From: Thalassobaculaceae bacterium
Lineage (GTDB): Bacteria; Pseudomonadota; Alphaproteobacteria; Thalassobaculales; Thalassobaculaceae
NCBI GenBank assembly: GCA_965228875.1
Contig: OZ245843.1
Coordinates: forward strand, 2,710,616 to 2,774,615
Direction of reading: 5' to 3'
DNA length: 64,000 nucleotides
A program made the translations under genes and the position numbers. How positions within the stretch are numbered: the first letter of the stretch is position 1; each line of letters opens with the position of its first letter. The notes beneath the pieces were generated by a model, which was given only the letters and a program-made list of their open reading frames with translations, was not told the DNA's origin and did no database searches. This document shows, piece by piece, positions 9,390 to 19,531 of the stretch.

Positions 9390-10727
9390 CTACGCCGCCA
9401 GCGCCGCGTCCACCGCGTCGCCCAGCTTCTCCACCAGTTCGGCGATGTGGCTCTGGTCGATGATGAAGGGCGGGGCGACCAGCACGTGGTCGCCGCGCCG
9501 GCCGTCGATGGTGCCGCCCATCGGGTAGCACATCAGCCCGCGCGCCATGGCCTCCCGCTTGACGACCGCGTTCAGCTTGCGTGCCGGGTCGAATGGTTCC
9601 TTGGTCGACCGGTCCGCCACCAGTTCGATGCCGAGGAACAGGCCCCGGCCCCGGATGTCGCCGACATTGGCGTTGTTGCCGAACCGCGCCTCGAGCGCCC
9701 GGCGCAGCGCCTCCCCCTGGGTCTTCACGTTGGCCAGCAGGTTCTCGTCGCGGATCGTCTCCTGCACCGCGAGGCCGGCGGCGCAGGCGGCCGGGTGACC
9801 CATATAGGTGTGGCCGTGCTGGAAGAAGCCGCTGCCGTCGCGAATCGCCTCGAAGATCCGGGCCGCGACCAGCACCGCGCCGATCGGCTGGTACCCCGCG
9901 CCGAGGCCCTTGGCGATGGTCATCAGGTCCGGGGCGACCCCATCCTCCTCGCAGGCGAACAGGTGGCCGGTGCGTCCCATCCCGCACATCACCTCGTCGA
10001 AGATCAGCAGCACGCCGTGACGGTCGCAGATCTCTCGAACCTTCTTCAGATAGCCCGGCACGGCGGGGACGGCGCCGGCGGTGGCGCCGACCACCGGCTC
10101 GCAGATGAAGGCGGCGACAGTCTCGGGGCCGGCGGCCCGGATCGCCGCCTCCAACTCGTCGGCCACCCGCTGGCCGTATTCGACCTCGCTCTCGTCGTCG
10201 CGCCGGTCGCGATAGGCGTAACAGGGGGCGACGTGGTCGGCGTCGATCAGCATCGGGCGGAACTGCTCGCGCCGCCACTCGTTACCGCCGACCGCAAGCG
10301 CGCCCAGCGTGTTGCCGTGGTAGCTCTGGCGCCGGGCGATGATCTTGTGACGATCGGGCTGGCCGATCTCGATGAAGTATTGGCGCGCCATCTTCAGCGC
10401 CGCCTCGACCGCCTCGGAGCCGCCCGAGACGAAGTAGACCATGTCGAGATCGCCTGGCGCCTTCTCGGCGAGGTAGGCGGCCAGCTTTTCCATCGGCTCG
10501 TTGGTGAAGAAGCCGGTATGGCCGTAGGGAATGGCGTCGAGCTGCTGCTTGATCGCCTCGATCACCCGCGGGTGGCTGTGTCCGAGGCAGGACACCGCCG
10601 CCCCGCCGGAACCGTCGAGGTAGCGCTTGCCGTCGGCGTCGACGATATAGACCCCATCGCCCCTGACGGCGACCGGCGGGACGACGCGGGCGTTGCGGTG
10701 GAAGACGTGGCTCTTGCGCTCTGACAT
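9390..10727 (-). CDS. Class III PLP-dependent aminotransferase
   Basis: YLDGSGG, SGGSEAVE, SYHGNT, EPVVGA, LIFDEVMCGMGRTG, AKGLGAG, HGHTY; ATG 10727 with GAGGAG RBS. Confidence 0.93.
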   Translation of the reverse strand: MSERKSHVFHRNARVVPPVAVRGDGVYIVDADGKRYLDGSGGAAVSCLGHSHPRVIEAIKQQLDAIPYGHTGFFTNEPMEKLAAYLAEKAPGDLDMVYFVSGGSEAVEAALKMARQYFIEIGQPDRHKIIARRQSYHGNTLGALAVGGNEWRREQFRPMLIDADHVAPCYAYRDRRDDESEVEYGQRVADELEAAIRAAGPETVAAFICEPVVGATAGAVPAVPGYLKKVREICDRHGVLLIFDEVMCGMGRTGHLFACEEDGVAPDLMTIAKGLGAGYQPIGAVLVAARIFEAIRDGSGFFQHGHTYMGHPAACAAGLAVQETIRDENLLANVKTQGEALRRALEARFGNNANVGDIRGRGLFLGIELVADRSTKEPFDPARKLNAVVKREAMARGLMCYPMGGTIDGRRGDHVLVAPPFIIDQSHIAELVEKLGDAVDAALAA

Positions 10728-10870
10728 GGGTCGGCTCCTCGGCGGGGACCTCGTATCGAACGCCCGCCGACCGGTCGTCGTCAAGCGCGCGAACGCGCCG
10801 CGGTCGCCGACCGGATGCCGCGCTGCGCGACCGGTGCGCCGTCCCCCACGCCGTGCTTGGCGTCGGCGCC

Positions 10871-11518
10871 ATGGGCGTGGATACTTCGGCGATGATTCTC
10901 TTCTCGCAACGCCATTCGCCGTTCGCCCGAAAGGCCGAGGTCGCGCTGCTCGAGACCGGTCTGCGCAAGGTCGAGGTCCGGCACCTGGCCGCGCACATCT
11001 CGCCGGAGGACGAGCCGGCCTATGCCGAGAACCCGCTGAACGCCGCCCCGCTGCTGATCCTGGAGGACGGGCGCGGCGTGTTCGACAGCGACGAGATCTG
11101 CTTCTACGTGGACGAGTTCTCCGGCGGCGCCCTGATCCCCCGCCAGGAGCCGGCGCGCCAGGAGATCCTGACCCTCCAGACCCTCGCCTCCGGCATGTGC
11201 GAGCTCGGCAAGGACCTGCGCTGGGAGATCCAGCAGAACGACATGGGGATCAGCGTTCCCGGCCTGCGCGAGGACCTCCTGGCCCAGCTCGCCGCCGCCT
11301 ACGACATCCTCGAGAACGGCCCCGTCCTGGGCAGGATCGCGGCGGACGAGACCGCCGATCTCGGCACGATCGCGCTGGCGACGGCGCTGGACTGGCTGTC
11401 GTTCCGCTCGATCGACCTGCTGGTCCCCCCGCACCCGAACCTGGTCTGGTGGCTGGACGAGTTCCGCGAACGGCCGTCCATGACCACCACCGAGTACGAG
11501 GACCTGTCGGAGTTCTGA
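10871..11518 (+). CDS. Glutathione S-transferase family protein
   Basis: SPFARK, NPL..P.LILEDG..FDS..IC.Y N-terminal domain; PNL..W...F.ERPS C-terminus; start uncertain. Confidence 0.8.
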   Translation: MGVDTSAMILFSQRHSPFARKAEVALLETGLRKVEVRHLAAHISPEDEPAYAENPLNAAPLLILEDGRGVFDSDEICFYVDEFSGGALIPRQEPARQEILTLQTLASGMCELGKDLRWEIQQNDMGISVPGLREDLLAQLAAAYDILENGPVLGRIAADETADLGTIALATALDWLSFRSIDLLVPPHPNLVWWLDEFRERPSMTTTEYEDLSEF

Positions 11519-11565
11519 GGGCGCGCCGCCCGTCCCGCCACGCGGTGGGCGACGGCCAGCCGTTC

Positions 11566-13896
11566 TCAGCCGTTCAGGGCGCGCCAGACCGTCTCGGGAG
11601 TCGCCGGCATGTTGATGTGGCGGCCGCCGAGCGCGTCGGACACCGCGTTCATCACCGAGCCCAACGCGCCGGCGCAGCCCGCCTCGCCGCAGCCCTTCGC
11701 CCCGACCAGGTTGGTGGTGCAGGGCACCGGGTGGCTGTCGTAGCGGAACATCGGCGCGTTGTCGGCCCGCGGCATGGCGTAGTCCATGAACGAGCCGGTG
11801 ACGAGCTGACCGCTGTCGTCGTAGCGCACATGCTCCATCAGTGCCTGACCGATGCCCTGGACGATGCCGCCATGGGCCTGGCCCTCGACCAGCATCGGGT
11901 TCACCACCACGCCGAAATCGTTGACCATGGAATAGCGGACCACCTCAACAACGCCGGTATCCGGGTCGATCTCCACCTCCGCCACATGGCAGCCGTTGGG
12001 AAAGGCCGAGGGACCCGTCTCGTGCGCCAGGCTCACGTCCAGCTTCTGGGGCAGGTCGTCGGGCAGTTCCAGCCCGCCGCGGATCCGGTCCGCCAGATCC
12101 ATGATGCCGATGGTGCGGTCGGTGCCGGCGACGGTGAAGGCGCCGTCGGAGAACTCGATGTCGGCGACCGCCGTCTCCAGCACGTGGGCGGCGATCTGCC
12201 GGCCGTTCTCCACCATCACGTTGGCCGCCTCGACGATCGCCCCGCCGGAGGACATCATCGATTTCGAGCCGCCGGTGCCGCCGCCGACGATCAACTCGTC
12301 GCTGTCGCCCTGCAGCAGGCGGATGCGGTCGAACGGAATGCCGGTGCGCTGGTGCAGAAGCTGCGCGAAGGGGGTCCAGTGGCCCTGGCCGTAGTCCAAG
12401 GTGCCGGTGATGATCGTCACCGTGCCGTCCTCCTCGAAGCGCAGGCCGCCCATCTCCTTGCCCGGAGGGCCGGTGACCTCGAGGTAGTCGCTCATGCCGA
12501 TGCCGCGCAGTTTGCCGCGCGCCTTCGACTCCTCCCGGCGGGCCGCGAAGCCGTCCCAGTCGGCGAACGCCACCGCCTTCTCGAACACCGCAGGAAAGTC
12601 GCCGCTGTCGTAGGTCATGCCCGACGGTGCGCGATAGGGGATCTGCTCCGGGCGGATCTGGTTGCGCCGGCGGATCTCCAGGCGGTCGATGCCCATCTCC
12701 CGGGCCGCGGTCTCAAGCAGCCGCTCGACGTAGTAGTTCGCCTCGGGCCGGCCGGCGCCGCGATACGGCCCGATGGTCGAGGTGTTGGTGAACACGCACT
12801 TGGTGTTGATGTCGACGACCGGCGTCCGATAGACGCTGATGAGGTTCTTGACCGCGTTGAGGGTCGCCGGCTGCGGGCCGACCGGGCTGAGGTAGGAACC
12901 GACATCCGCATGGGCATGGGTGCGCAGGGCGAGGATATGGCCGTCCGCGTCGAAGGCCATTTCCGCCGTCACCACGTGGCCGCGCCCCTGATGGTCGGAG
13001 ACGAAGGCGCCGCTGCGCTCGTCCAGCCATTTCACCGGCCGGGCGAGCTGTCTGGCGGCGTGCAGCAGCGGGAAATATTCGGGATACGGCCCGGCCTTCA
13101 TGCCGAACGAGCCGCCGACATTCTTGGTGATGACACGGACCTTGTCGGTCGGCACCTTGAGGACGGCGTTGGCGAGCACGTTGCGCAGGCCGAAAGCGCC
13201 CTGGCTGCCGGCGATGAACGTGTACCTGTCCTCCGCCGGGTCGTAGTCGGCGATCGCCGACCGCGGCTCCATCGAGGCGACGACGACCCGGTTGTTCACC
13301 AGGGTCAGCCTGGTGGTGTGCGCGGCCTCGGCGAAGGCCTTGTCCGCCGCCTCCGCGTCGCCGTAATGGTAGTCGAGGCAGACGTTGTTCGGCACGCCGT
13401 CGTAGAGCTGGGGCGCGCCGTCCTGCGCCGCCGCCACCGGATCCGTGACCGCCGGCAGCTCGTCGATGTCGACCACGACCAGCTCCGCCGCGTCCCGGGC
13501 CTGGGTCGGCGTCTCGGCGACCACCATCGCCACCGGATCGCCGACGAAGCGCACCCGATCAACCGCCAGCCCCGGGCGCGGCGGCTTGTGCATGTCCGAG
13601 CCGTCGCGGTTCTTGAACGGCACGATGCAGGGAATGCCGCCGAACCCGTCCAGGTCCTTCGCCGTGTAGATCGCCAGGACACCGGGCATCGCCAGGGCGT
13701 CGTCGAGGTCGATGCCGCGGATGATCCCGTGTGGAATCTGGCTGCGGACGACGCAGGCGTGGGCCTGACCCTCCAGGTTGATGTCGTCCGTGTACTCGCC
13801 CCGCCCGGTCAGCAGGGTTGGATCCTCGCCGCGGGGAACCGGCTGGCCAACGCCGAACTTCATGGTCGCCAGATCGCTCTCGTGCAGGACGTTCAT
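11566..13896 (-). CDS. Xanthine dehydrogenase/CoxL-like molybdopterin-binding large subunit
   Basis: 776 aa; R.ED..LLTGRGEYTDD, VGGSFGMK, PYRGAGRPEA, GQAHGGIVQGIGQAL, GAKGCGEAG. Confidence 0.93.
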   Translation of the reverse strand: MNVLHESDLATMKFGVGQPVPRGEDPTLLTGRGEYTDDINLEGQAHACVVRSQIPHGIIRGIDLDDALAMPGVLAIYTAKDLDGFGGIPCIVPFKNRDGSDMHKPPRPGLAVDRVRFVGDPVAMVVAETPTQARDAAELVVVDIDELPAVTDPVAAAQDGAPQLYDGVPNNVCLDYHYGDAEAADKAFAEAAHTTRLTLVNNRVVVASMEPRSAIADYDPAEDRYTFIAGSQGAFGLRNVLANAVLKVPTDKVRVITKNVGGSFGMKAGPYPEYFPLLHAARQLARPVKWLDERSGAFVSDHQGRGHVVTAEMAFDADGHILALRTHAHADVGSYLSPVGPQPATLNAVKNLISVYRTPVVDINTKCVFTNTSTIGPYRGAGRPEANYYVERLLETAAREMGIDRLEIRRRNQIRPEQIPYRAPSGMTYDSGDFPAVFEKAVAFADWDGFAARREESKARGKLRGIGMSDYLEVTGPPGKEMGGLRFEEDGTVTIITGTLDYGQGHWTPFAQLLHQRTGIPFDRIRLLQGDSDELIVGGGTGGSKSMMSSGGAIVEAANVMVENGRQIAAHVLETAVADIEFSDGAFTVAGTDRTIGIMDLADRIRGGLELPDDLPQKLDVSLAHETGPSAFPNGCHVAEVEIDPDTGVVEVVRYSMVNDFGVVVNPMLVEGQAHGGIVQGIGQALMEHVRYDDSGQLVTGSFMDYAMPRADNAPMFRYDSHPVPCTTNLVGAKGCGEAGCAGALGSVMNAVSDALGGRHINMPATPETVWRALNG

Positions 13897-14005
13897 GTCC
13901 GCTTCCCTCTTCTGTTCGGTACGGTGGGGCCGGTCGTCGAGGCCGGTATGCTAGCCCAGGACGGCGTCGGGGAAACCCCGCCGTGCGGGAAACACACCGA
14001 TGCGC

Positions 14006-14620
14006 CTAGCCCTGCTGCAGGGTCCACACCACGATCTGGCGGAACACCGCGCCGAGGGCCCCGTCGAAGGTGTCGACGATGTCGGCCATGCGATTGGTCG
14101 ACGCCTGGCGGCGGATGCTGAAGTCGTTGGCGGCGATGATGATCCGCTGCGGCATCTGCACCAGCTTGACGTTGATCCGCACATGGACGGTGGGAACCTG
14201 GGCGCCGTCGAAATACTCGGCCTGGAACTCGCGGATCTCCACCTTCAGCGTGTAGTCGGAGCGGAAGCTCACCCCGTCACGGCCGACGCCGACGATGCGT
14301 CCGGAGTTCTCGAAAGACTCGATCAGCAGCCGCTGCACCATGTTCGGAGCGTCGTCCACCCACACCGCGCCGGCGTAGTAATCGAGCGTCAGCGGCTGGC
14401 GCGCGACGGCGATCCGGGCCGAGGACAGGCCGGCCGGCGCGGTCGGCCGCTCGATCGCGAGCTGCCAGGACGCCTGCGGCAGATCGACCGGAAACGTGCT
14501 CTTCGGCGTCAGGGTGTAGAGCTGCGGCGGCGGCTTGCCGATCGGCAGCTTGCCGCAACCCGCGAGCGCTCCCGTCAGTCCGGCGAACAGGAAGTGTCGG
14601 CGTGGCACCATGGTCATCAT
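14006..14620 (-). CDS. ABC-type transport auxiliary lipoprotein (PqiC-like)
   Basis: Lipobox LAGC; P.A..GL...RIAV, YYAGA.W, FENSG; last gene of the MCE operon. Confidence 0.85.
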   Translation of the reverse strand: MMTMVPRRHFLFAGLTGALAGCGKLPIGKPPPQLYTLTPKSTFPVDLPQASWQLAIERPTAPAGLSSARIAVARQPLTLDYYAGAVWVDDAPNMVQRLLIESFENSGRIVGVGRDGVSFRSDYTLKVEIREFQAEYFDGAQVPTVHVRINVKLVQMPQRIIIAANDFSIRRQASTNRMADIVDTFDGALGAVFRQIVVWTLQQG

Positions 14621-15624
14621 TCCGCCTCCACCCGGCCGTCGCGGCTGCCGAACAGGAACTGTGAGGGGTCGCGGTCGATCTGACGCATGACCCGGTCGAC
14701 ATTGGTGACCAGGACCCGCGCCTCGACCAGGAACTGGGTGAGCTCGTACAGCCCGGTATTCGAGAAGTCGCGCATGCCCGGCCGCGCCTCCGCCACCATG
14801 GCCTCGAGCTGACCGGCGGTCGCGGCGATCCGGTCGCTGGCGCCGCCGAGCGCGCGGGACAGCGCGGCCACCTCACCGTCGAGCCCGGCCGCCGCGCCGC
14901 GCACGGTCGCCATCGTCGCCGCCGTCTCCTCGACCAGCGTGGCGATCTCTCGGTCCAGGGTGGCGACCAGTGGCCGGATCTCGGCCGCCGTCCGCCGCAG
15001 GTCCTCGACACCGACCGACGCGCCGACGATGGCGGCGTCGATTTCGTCCGACCGGTTGACGATGGTGGTGCTGACGGCGGCGAGGTTGGTCAGCAGCGTT
15101 GTGAAGGCCTGCTGGTTGTCCTCGTTCAGGAAGGCCTGGGCGCGGGCGATGAGGACGACGAGCTGGTCGGCGATCTGCGGCGCGGTCTCGAACACCTGAC
15201 TGAGCGCCGAGGAGCGCGACGGGATCAGCGGCAGGGGATCGTCGCGGCTGGCGACGACCTCTTCGGCGGCGGCGCTGCCGCCCTCGATCTGGATGTAGCC
15301 GATCCCGGTCAGCCCCTGGGCCTCCAGCACCGCGTACATGTCTCTCTTGATCGGAACGCCGGCATCGACCTCGACGACCACGCGGATCAGCTCGACATTG
15401 TCCGGATCGATCATAATGTCGGACACGGTCCCGACGGGCACGCCGCGGTAGCGCACCGGGCTGCCGGTGCTGAGACCGTCCACCGCACCCTCGAACTCGA
15501 TGCGGAACGGTCGGGTCTCCTGATCCAGGCGAACGCCGCCGAACCAGATCGCCAGGAAGAGCCCGCCGGCGAGCAGCAGAATGGCGAATGCGCCAACGGT
15601 GACATAGGCGGCCCGCGTTTCCAT
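14617..15624 (-). CDS. MlaD/MCE family protein
   Basis: METRA.YV.VG.F start, VDGLSTGSPVRYRGVPVGTV MCE motif, long helical tail. Confidence 0.92.
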   Translation of the reverse strand: METRAAYVTVGAFAILLLAGGLFLAIWFGGVRLDQETRPFRIEFEGAVDGLSTGSPVRYRGVPVGTVSDIMIDPDNVELIRVVVEVDAGVPIKRDMYAVLEAQGLTGIGYIQIEGGSAAAEEVVASRDDPLPLIPSRSSALSQVFETAPQIADQLVVLIARAQAFLNEDNQQAFTTLLTNLAAVSTTIVNRSDEIDAAIVGASVGVEDLRRTAAEIRPLVATLDREIATLVEETAATMATVRGAAAGLDGEVAALSRALGGASDRIAATAGQLEAMVAEARPGMRDFSNTGLYELTQFLVEARVLVTNVDRVMRQIDRDPSQFLFGSRDGRVEAE

Positions 15625-15627
15625 GGG

Positions 15628-16425
15628 CTACCGCTCCGCCCCGGTCAGGGCCGGCGTCTCGAACGCCGCCCGCGCCCGCGGGCCGTGGAAATAGGTCTGG
15701 ATCCAGGGATGCGGATGTCGGCCGAGCTCCGCCAGGGTTCCGACCACGATCCGCTTGTCGACCAGAACGGCGATGCGGTCGCAGATCCGCGCGAGGCTGT
15801 CGAGATCGTGGGTCACCATGACGACAGTGAGCCCGAGAGCGCGGCGAAGGTCCAGAATCAACTCGTCGAAATCCGACGCCCCGATCGGGTCGAGCCCGGC
15901 CGTCGGCTCGTCGAGGAACACCACCTCGGGGTCGAGTGCCAGGGCGCGGGCGAGGCCGGCGCGCTTCTTCATGCCGCCGGAAAGCTGCGAGGGGAACTTG
16001 CCGCAGGCGTCCGGCGGCAGGCCGACCAGCGCGACCTTCAGGCGCGACAGCTCGTCCATCAGCGCCGCCGGCAGGTCGCCGCGCTCGCGCATCGGTACCT
16101 GGATGTTCTGTCCGACGGTGAGCGCGCTGAACAGCGCCCCGTCCTGGAACAGCATGCCGAACCGCCCGGCCAGCGCCGCCGTCGAGGAGCCGTCCCAGCG
16201 CACCGGCTCGCCGAGCAGCGAGACCGCGCCCTCGGCCGGACGCTGCAGGCCGATGATGGTGCGCAGCAGTACCGTCTTGCCGGTGCCGGAGCCGCCGACC
16301 ACGCCGATGATCTCGCCCCGCTTCACCGTCAGGTCGAGGCCGTCGTGCACGGTCTGGGCGCCGAAACGGGTGACAACGCCGCGCACTTCGATCGCCGGCG
16401 CCGACCGGTCCGGATCCGGACTCAC
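15628..16425 (-). CDS. ABC transporter ATP-binding protein (MlaF-like)
   Basis: Walker A GGSGTGKT, LSGGMKKR, FLDEPTAGLD, VTHD; GTG 16425 overlaps the upstream stop (GTGA). Confidence 0.93.
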   Translation of the reverse strand: MSPDPDRSAPAIEVRGVVTRFGAQTVHDGLDLTVKRGEIIGVVGGSGTGKTVLLRTIIGLQRPAEGAVSLLGEPVRWDGSSTAALAGRFGMLFQDGALFSALTVGQNIQVPMRERGDLPAALMDELSRLKVALVGLPPDACGKFPSQLSGGMKKRAGLARALALDPEVVFLDEPTAGLDPIGASDFDELILDLRRALGLTVVMVTHDLDSLARICDRIAVLVDKRIVVGTLAELGRHPHPWIQTYFHGPRARAAFETPALTGAER

Positions 16426-17567
16426 AGCCCGAGCTCCGCGAAGGCGACCGCGAAGGCGGCGTCGAGGACGATGACGAGGAAGATCGATTCCACCACCGCC
16501 CGCGTCGTGAACCGGCCGACGCTTTCGGCGCTTCCTGTCACCCGCAAACCGTCGTAGCAGCCGACCAGGGCGATCACGAGGGCGAAGACAGGGGCTTTCA
16601 GCAGGCCGGTTCCGAAATCCCAGAAATCCACCGCTCCCTGCAGCTGGGTGAGGAACTGGGGGAAGGTCAGATCGAGCAGGAACAGCGCCACCACCGCGCC
16701 GCCGAGCAGACCGGCCGCGTCGGCCCAGACCGTGAGCAGCGGCATGACCAGGATCAGCGCGATCATCCGCGGCAGCACCAGCACCTCGATCGCCGACAGC
16801 CCCATGGTCTCCAGCGCATCGACCTCCTGATTCACCTTCATGGTGCCGATCTGCGCGGCGAAGGCGCTGCCGGAGCGTCCGGCGACAATGATCGCGGCGA
16901 GGAGGATGCCGATCTCGCGCAGCACCGAAACGCCGACCAGGTTGACCGTCAGGATCGTCGCCCCGAACTGCTTGAGCTGCAGGGCGCCCATGTAGGCGAG
17001 CACGACGCCGACCAGGAAACACAGCAGGCCCACGATCGGAAGCGCGTTGAGACCCGTCGCCTCCATCTGCGCGACCGTCGCGGTCAGACGCAGGCGCCAC
17101 GGCCGCACCGCCACTCCCGCCAGGCTCACCAGGGTGAAGCCGAAGAAGCCGGCGAGGTCGCGCGCCACCCGCCCGCCATGAAGGACCGCGGCGCCGGCGC
17201 GTTCCAGCGCGGCCAGAAACGCATTGACCTCGTCAGGACGCAGCGGCGCGCCGGGGTCGGGCACGACCGCCTTCTCCAGGATTGGCCGGTAGGCGTCCGG
17301 CAGGTCGCGCAACTCCGCGGAAACGCCCCGGGCCTCGACCCGCTCCAGGGTCCGCCGGATGACCCACGCGCCGGCGCTGTCCAGACCGTCCAGCGCGGCG
17401 GCGTCGACCACCACCCGATCCGCCGGGCGTTCGGCCACCGCGCGCAACTCGCGGTCCAGGCGCTGCACCGTGTCCAGCGTCCAGCGCCCGGCCAGACGCA
17501 GGACCAGCGCGCCGCCATCGGCGTCGATCCTGAAAGGCTGTTCAGTCGTCGGACCCGCTTCGCTCAC
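16422..17567 (-). CDS. MlaE family permease with N-terminal STAS domain
   Basis: LDSAGAW STAS motif; LREIG.LL.AIIVAGRSGSAFAAQIGTMK..E.DAL; start uncertain (GTG 17567). Confidence 0.92.
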   Translation of the reverse strand: MSEAGPTTEQPFRIDADGGALVLRLAGRWTLDTVQRLDRELRAVAERPADRVVVDAAALDGLDSAGAWVIRRTLERVEARGVSAELRDLPDAYRPILEKAVVPDPGAPLRPDEVNAFLAALERAGAAVLHGGRVARDLAGFFGFTLVSLAGVAVRPWRLRLTATVAQMEATGLNALPIVGLLCFLVGVVLAYMGALQLKQFGATILTVNLVGVSVLREIGILLAAIIVAGRSGSAFAAQIGTMKVNQEVDALETMGLSAIEVLVLPRMIALILVMPLLTVWADAAGLLGGAVVALFLLDLTFPQFLTQLQGAVDFWDFGTGLLKAPVFALVIALVGCYDGLRVTGSAESVGRFTTRAVVESIFLVIVLDAAFAVAFAELGL

Positions 17568-17761
17568 ACGGCCTCGCCCACGCTTCCTCCCGCGGGAGGT
17601 CGCCCCGACGGAAATCATCCGCCCAGTCTAGTCGGATCCATCGCCCGCGAACAGGCGACCGCCCGATCCGGTACATTGCCGGTTGCCGGGACCGACCGGG
17701 GGTATACCCTGCCTCAGGACCACTCCGCCGAAACGAGTCCGGCGCCACAGAGGGAACCGTC

Positions 17762-18535
17762 ATGACCGCCACACGTCGCTCCGCCCTTCGCCAGATCGCC
17801 TCGGGCGCGCTCGGTTGCGCCTGCTGCGCGACGCTCGCCCGCCCCGCCGCCGCTGCCGGCGACGCGCCATGGTCCTACGAGGGGGCGAACGGACCCGGCG
17901 CCTGGGGCGGCCTCGCGGACCGCTTCCAGGTCTGCTCCACCGGCGCCGCCCAGTCGCCGATCGATCTGGTCGCCCCGATAGCCGCGGAGATTCCGGCACC
18001 GGTTCTGGACTGGAAGGACGCCACCGGGAGCGTCGTGAACAACGGCCACACCATCCAGGTCAACCTCGCGGACGCCGGCGGGCTCTCCCTGAACGGCACC
18101 CGGTTCGAGCTCCTGCAGTTCCATTTCCACCACCCCAGCGAGCACCTGATCGACGGCAGGTCGGAGGCGATGGAGGTGCATTTCGTCCACGCCTCGGCGC
18201 TCGGCGACCTGGCGGTGGTCGGCGCGATGATCCGCCTCGGCGCCGAGAACCCGGCCCTCACGCCGATCTGGGACGCGATGCCGGACCACGCCGGCCAGGA
18301 GATCGACGGTGTCGCCGTGTCGCCCGCCGCCTTCCTGCCCTCCGATCCGGCGCAGTTCCGCTATGCCGGATCGCTGACCACGCCGCCCTGTACGGAGATC
18401 GTGAACTGGATCGCCTACAAGGCGCCGATCGAGGCCTCAGAGGCGCAGGTCGCCGCCTTCGCCAAGCTGTTCCCGATGAACGCCCGCCCGGTCCAACCGC
18501 TCCATCGCCGCTTCCTGCTGCTCGGAAACGGCTGA
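17762..18535 (+). CDS. Alpha-class carbonic anhydrase with Tat-like signal peptide
   Basis: [54 protein letters not shown] twin-arginine. Confidence 0.93.
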   Translation: MTATRRSALRQIASGALGCACCATLARPAAAAGDAPWSYEGANGPGAWGGLADRFQVCSTGAAQSPIDLVAPIAAEIPAPVLDWKDATGSVVNNGHTIQVNLADAGGLSLNGTRFELLQFHFHHPSEHLIDGRSEAMEVHFVHASALGDLAVVGAMIRLGAENPALTPIWDAMPDHAGQEIDGVAVSPAAFLPSDPAQFRYAGSLTTPPCTEIVNWIAYKAPIEASEAQVAAFAKLFPMNARPVQPLHRRFLLLGNG

Positions 18536-18642
18536 ACCGGACGGATCCGAAGGGACCCGGCACCGCCCCTCTCCCCTTCTCACGGGGCGCGGATTCCTCT
18601 AAGTCAGAGCCGGTACGGCCCACAGACCGGAGGACGAGCCCC

Positions 18643-19158
18643 GTGGACCTCAAGGCGCATATTCGCGAGGTACCGGATTTCCCGAAGCCGGGGATCCTGT
18701 TCTACGACATCTCCACCCTGCTCGCCCATCCGCAGGCCTGGCAGGCGACGGTCAGCCGGCTCGCCGACGTCATCAGACCGTTCAAGCCCGACCTGCTCGC
18801 CGGGATCGAGAGCCGCGGCTTCCTCACCGCCGCCCCCCTTGCGCTGGAGCTCGGCCTCGGATTCCTGATGATCCGCAAGAAAGGCAAGCTGCCGGGACCG
18901 ACCGTGCCCTACACCTACGACCTGGAATATGGCACCGACACGGTGGAGATCCAGGAGGGTGCCGTACAGCCGGGCCAGCGCGTGGTGATCCTCGACGACC
19001 TGCTGGCCACCGGCGGCACTCTGGAAGCCTCGGTCCAGCTTCTGCGCAAGGTCGGCGCCGATGTCGCGGGCGGCGCCTGCATCATGGAACTGACCTTCCT
19101 GAAGGGTCGCGACAAGCTCGACATCCCGTTCGAGAGCCTGCTGCAATACGACGACTGA
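18643..19158 (+). CDS. apt: Adenine phosphoribosyltransferase
   Basis: [53 protein letters not shown] with GGAGG RBS. Confidence 0.96.
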   Translation: MDLKAHIREVPDFPKPGILFYDISTLLAHPQAWQATVSRLADVIRPFKPDLLAGIESRGFLTAAPLALELGLGFLMIRKKGKLPGPTVPYTYDLEYGTDTVEIQEGAVQPGQRVVILDDLLATGGTLEASVQLLRKVGADVAGGACIMELTFLKGRDKLDIPFESLLQYDD

Positions 19159-19234
19159 GCATCGCTCGGTCGTCGTCCCGGACCCGATCCGGAACCATGC
19201 ACCGAAGTCACAGCTCTCACCCACATATCTCTCT

Positions 19235-19327
19235 CCCCGGCCCTGTGCCGGGGCCCACGTTGGGAGAGAGCGGAGTTCCGACCGCGTCGCGCCGACCTCA
19301 GGGTAGGCCCCGGAACAAGTCCGGGGA
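19235..19327. repeat. REP-like inverted pair of palindromic units
   Basis: CCCCGGCCCTGTGCCGGGGCCCA (19235-19257) and TAGGCCCCGGAACAAGTCCGGGGA (19304-19327); each is a hairpin and they are near reverse complements of each other. Confidence 0.65.
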
Positions 19328-19531
19328 GTGGGAGAGAGGAAAGAGGGAAAGAACTCCCCCGAGAATCTTGACCTTGCGTGATCTTGCGCGGGTGTCGTGC
19401 GCGCCCTATCCATGAAGTGACGCGGCGGTTCTGCTAGAGATCCGCCGCAACGGACACCCAAGGACACCCGCCTTCAGTCAACCGCCCGCGCTTCCCTGTG
19501 ACGGCGCGGCGCATGGATGAGGAGAGAGCCC

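Noticed and set aside
10693..14121. 1142-aa ORF on the + strand
   Set aside because: Antisense shadow of the CoxL-like gene and off-frame to the GST gene; R/G/V/H-rich with no motifs, as expected at high GC3
14006..17567. STAS-MlaE fusion MCE operon as a novelty
   Set aside because: Common four-gene arrangement in proteobacteria
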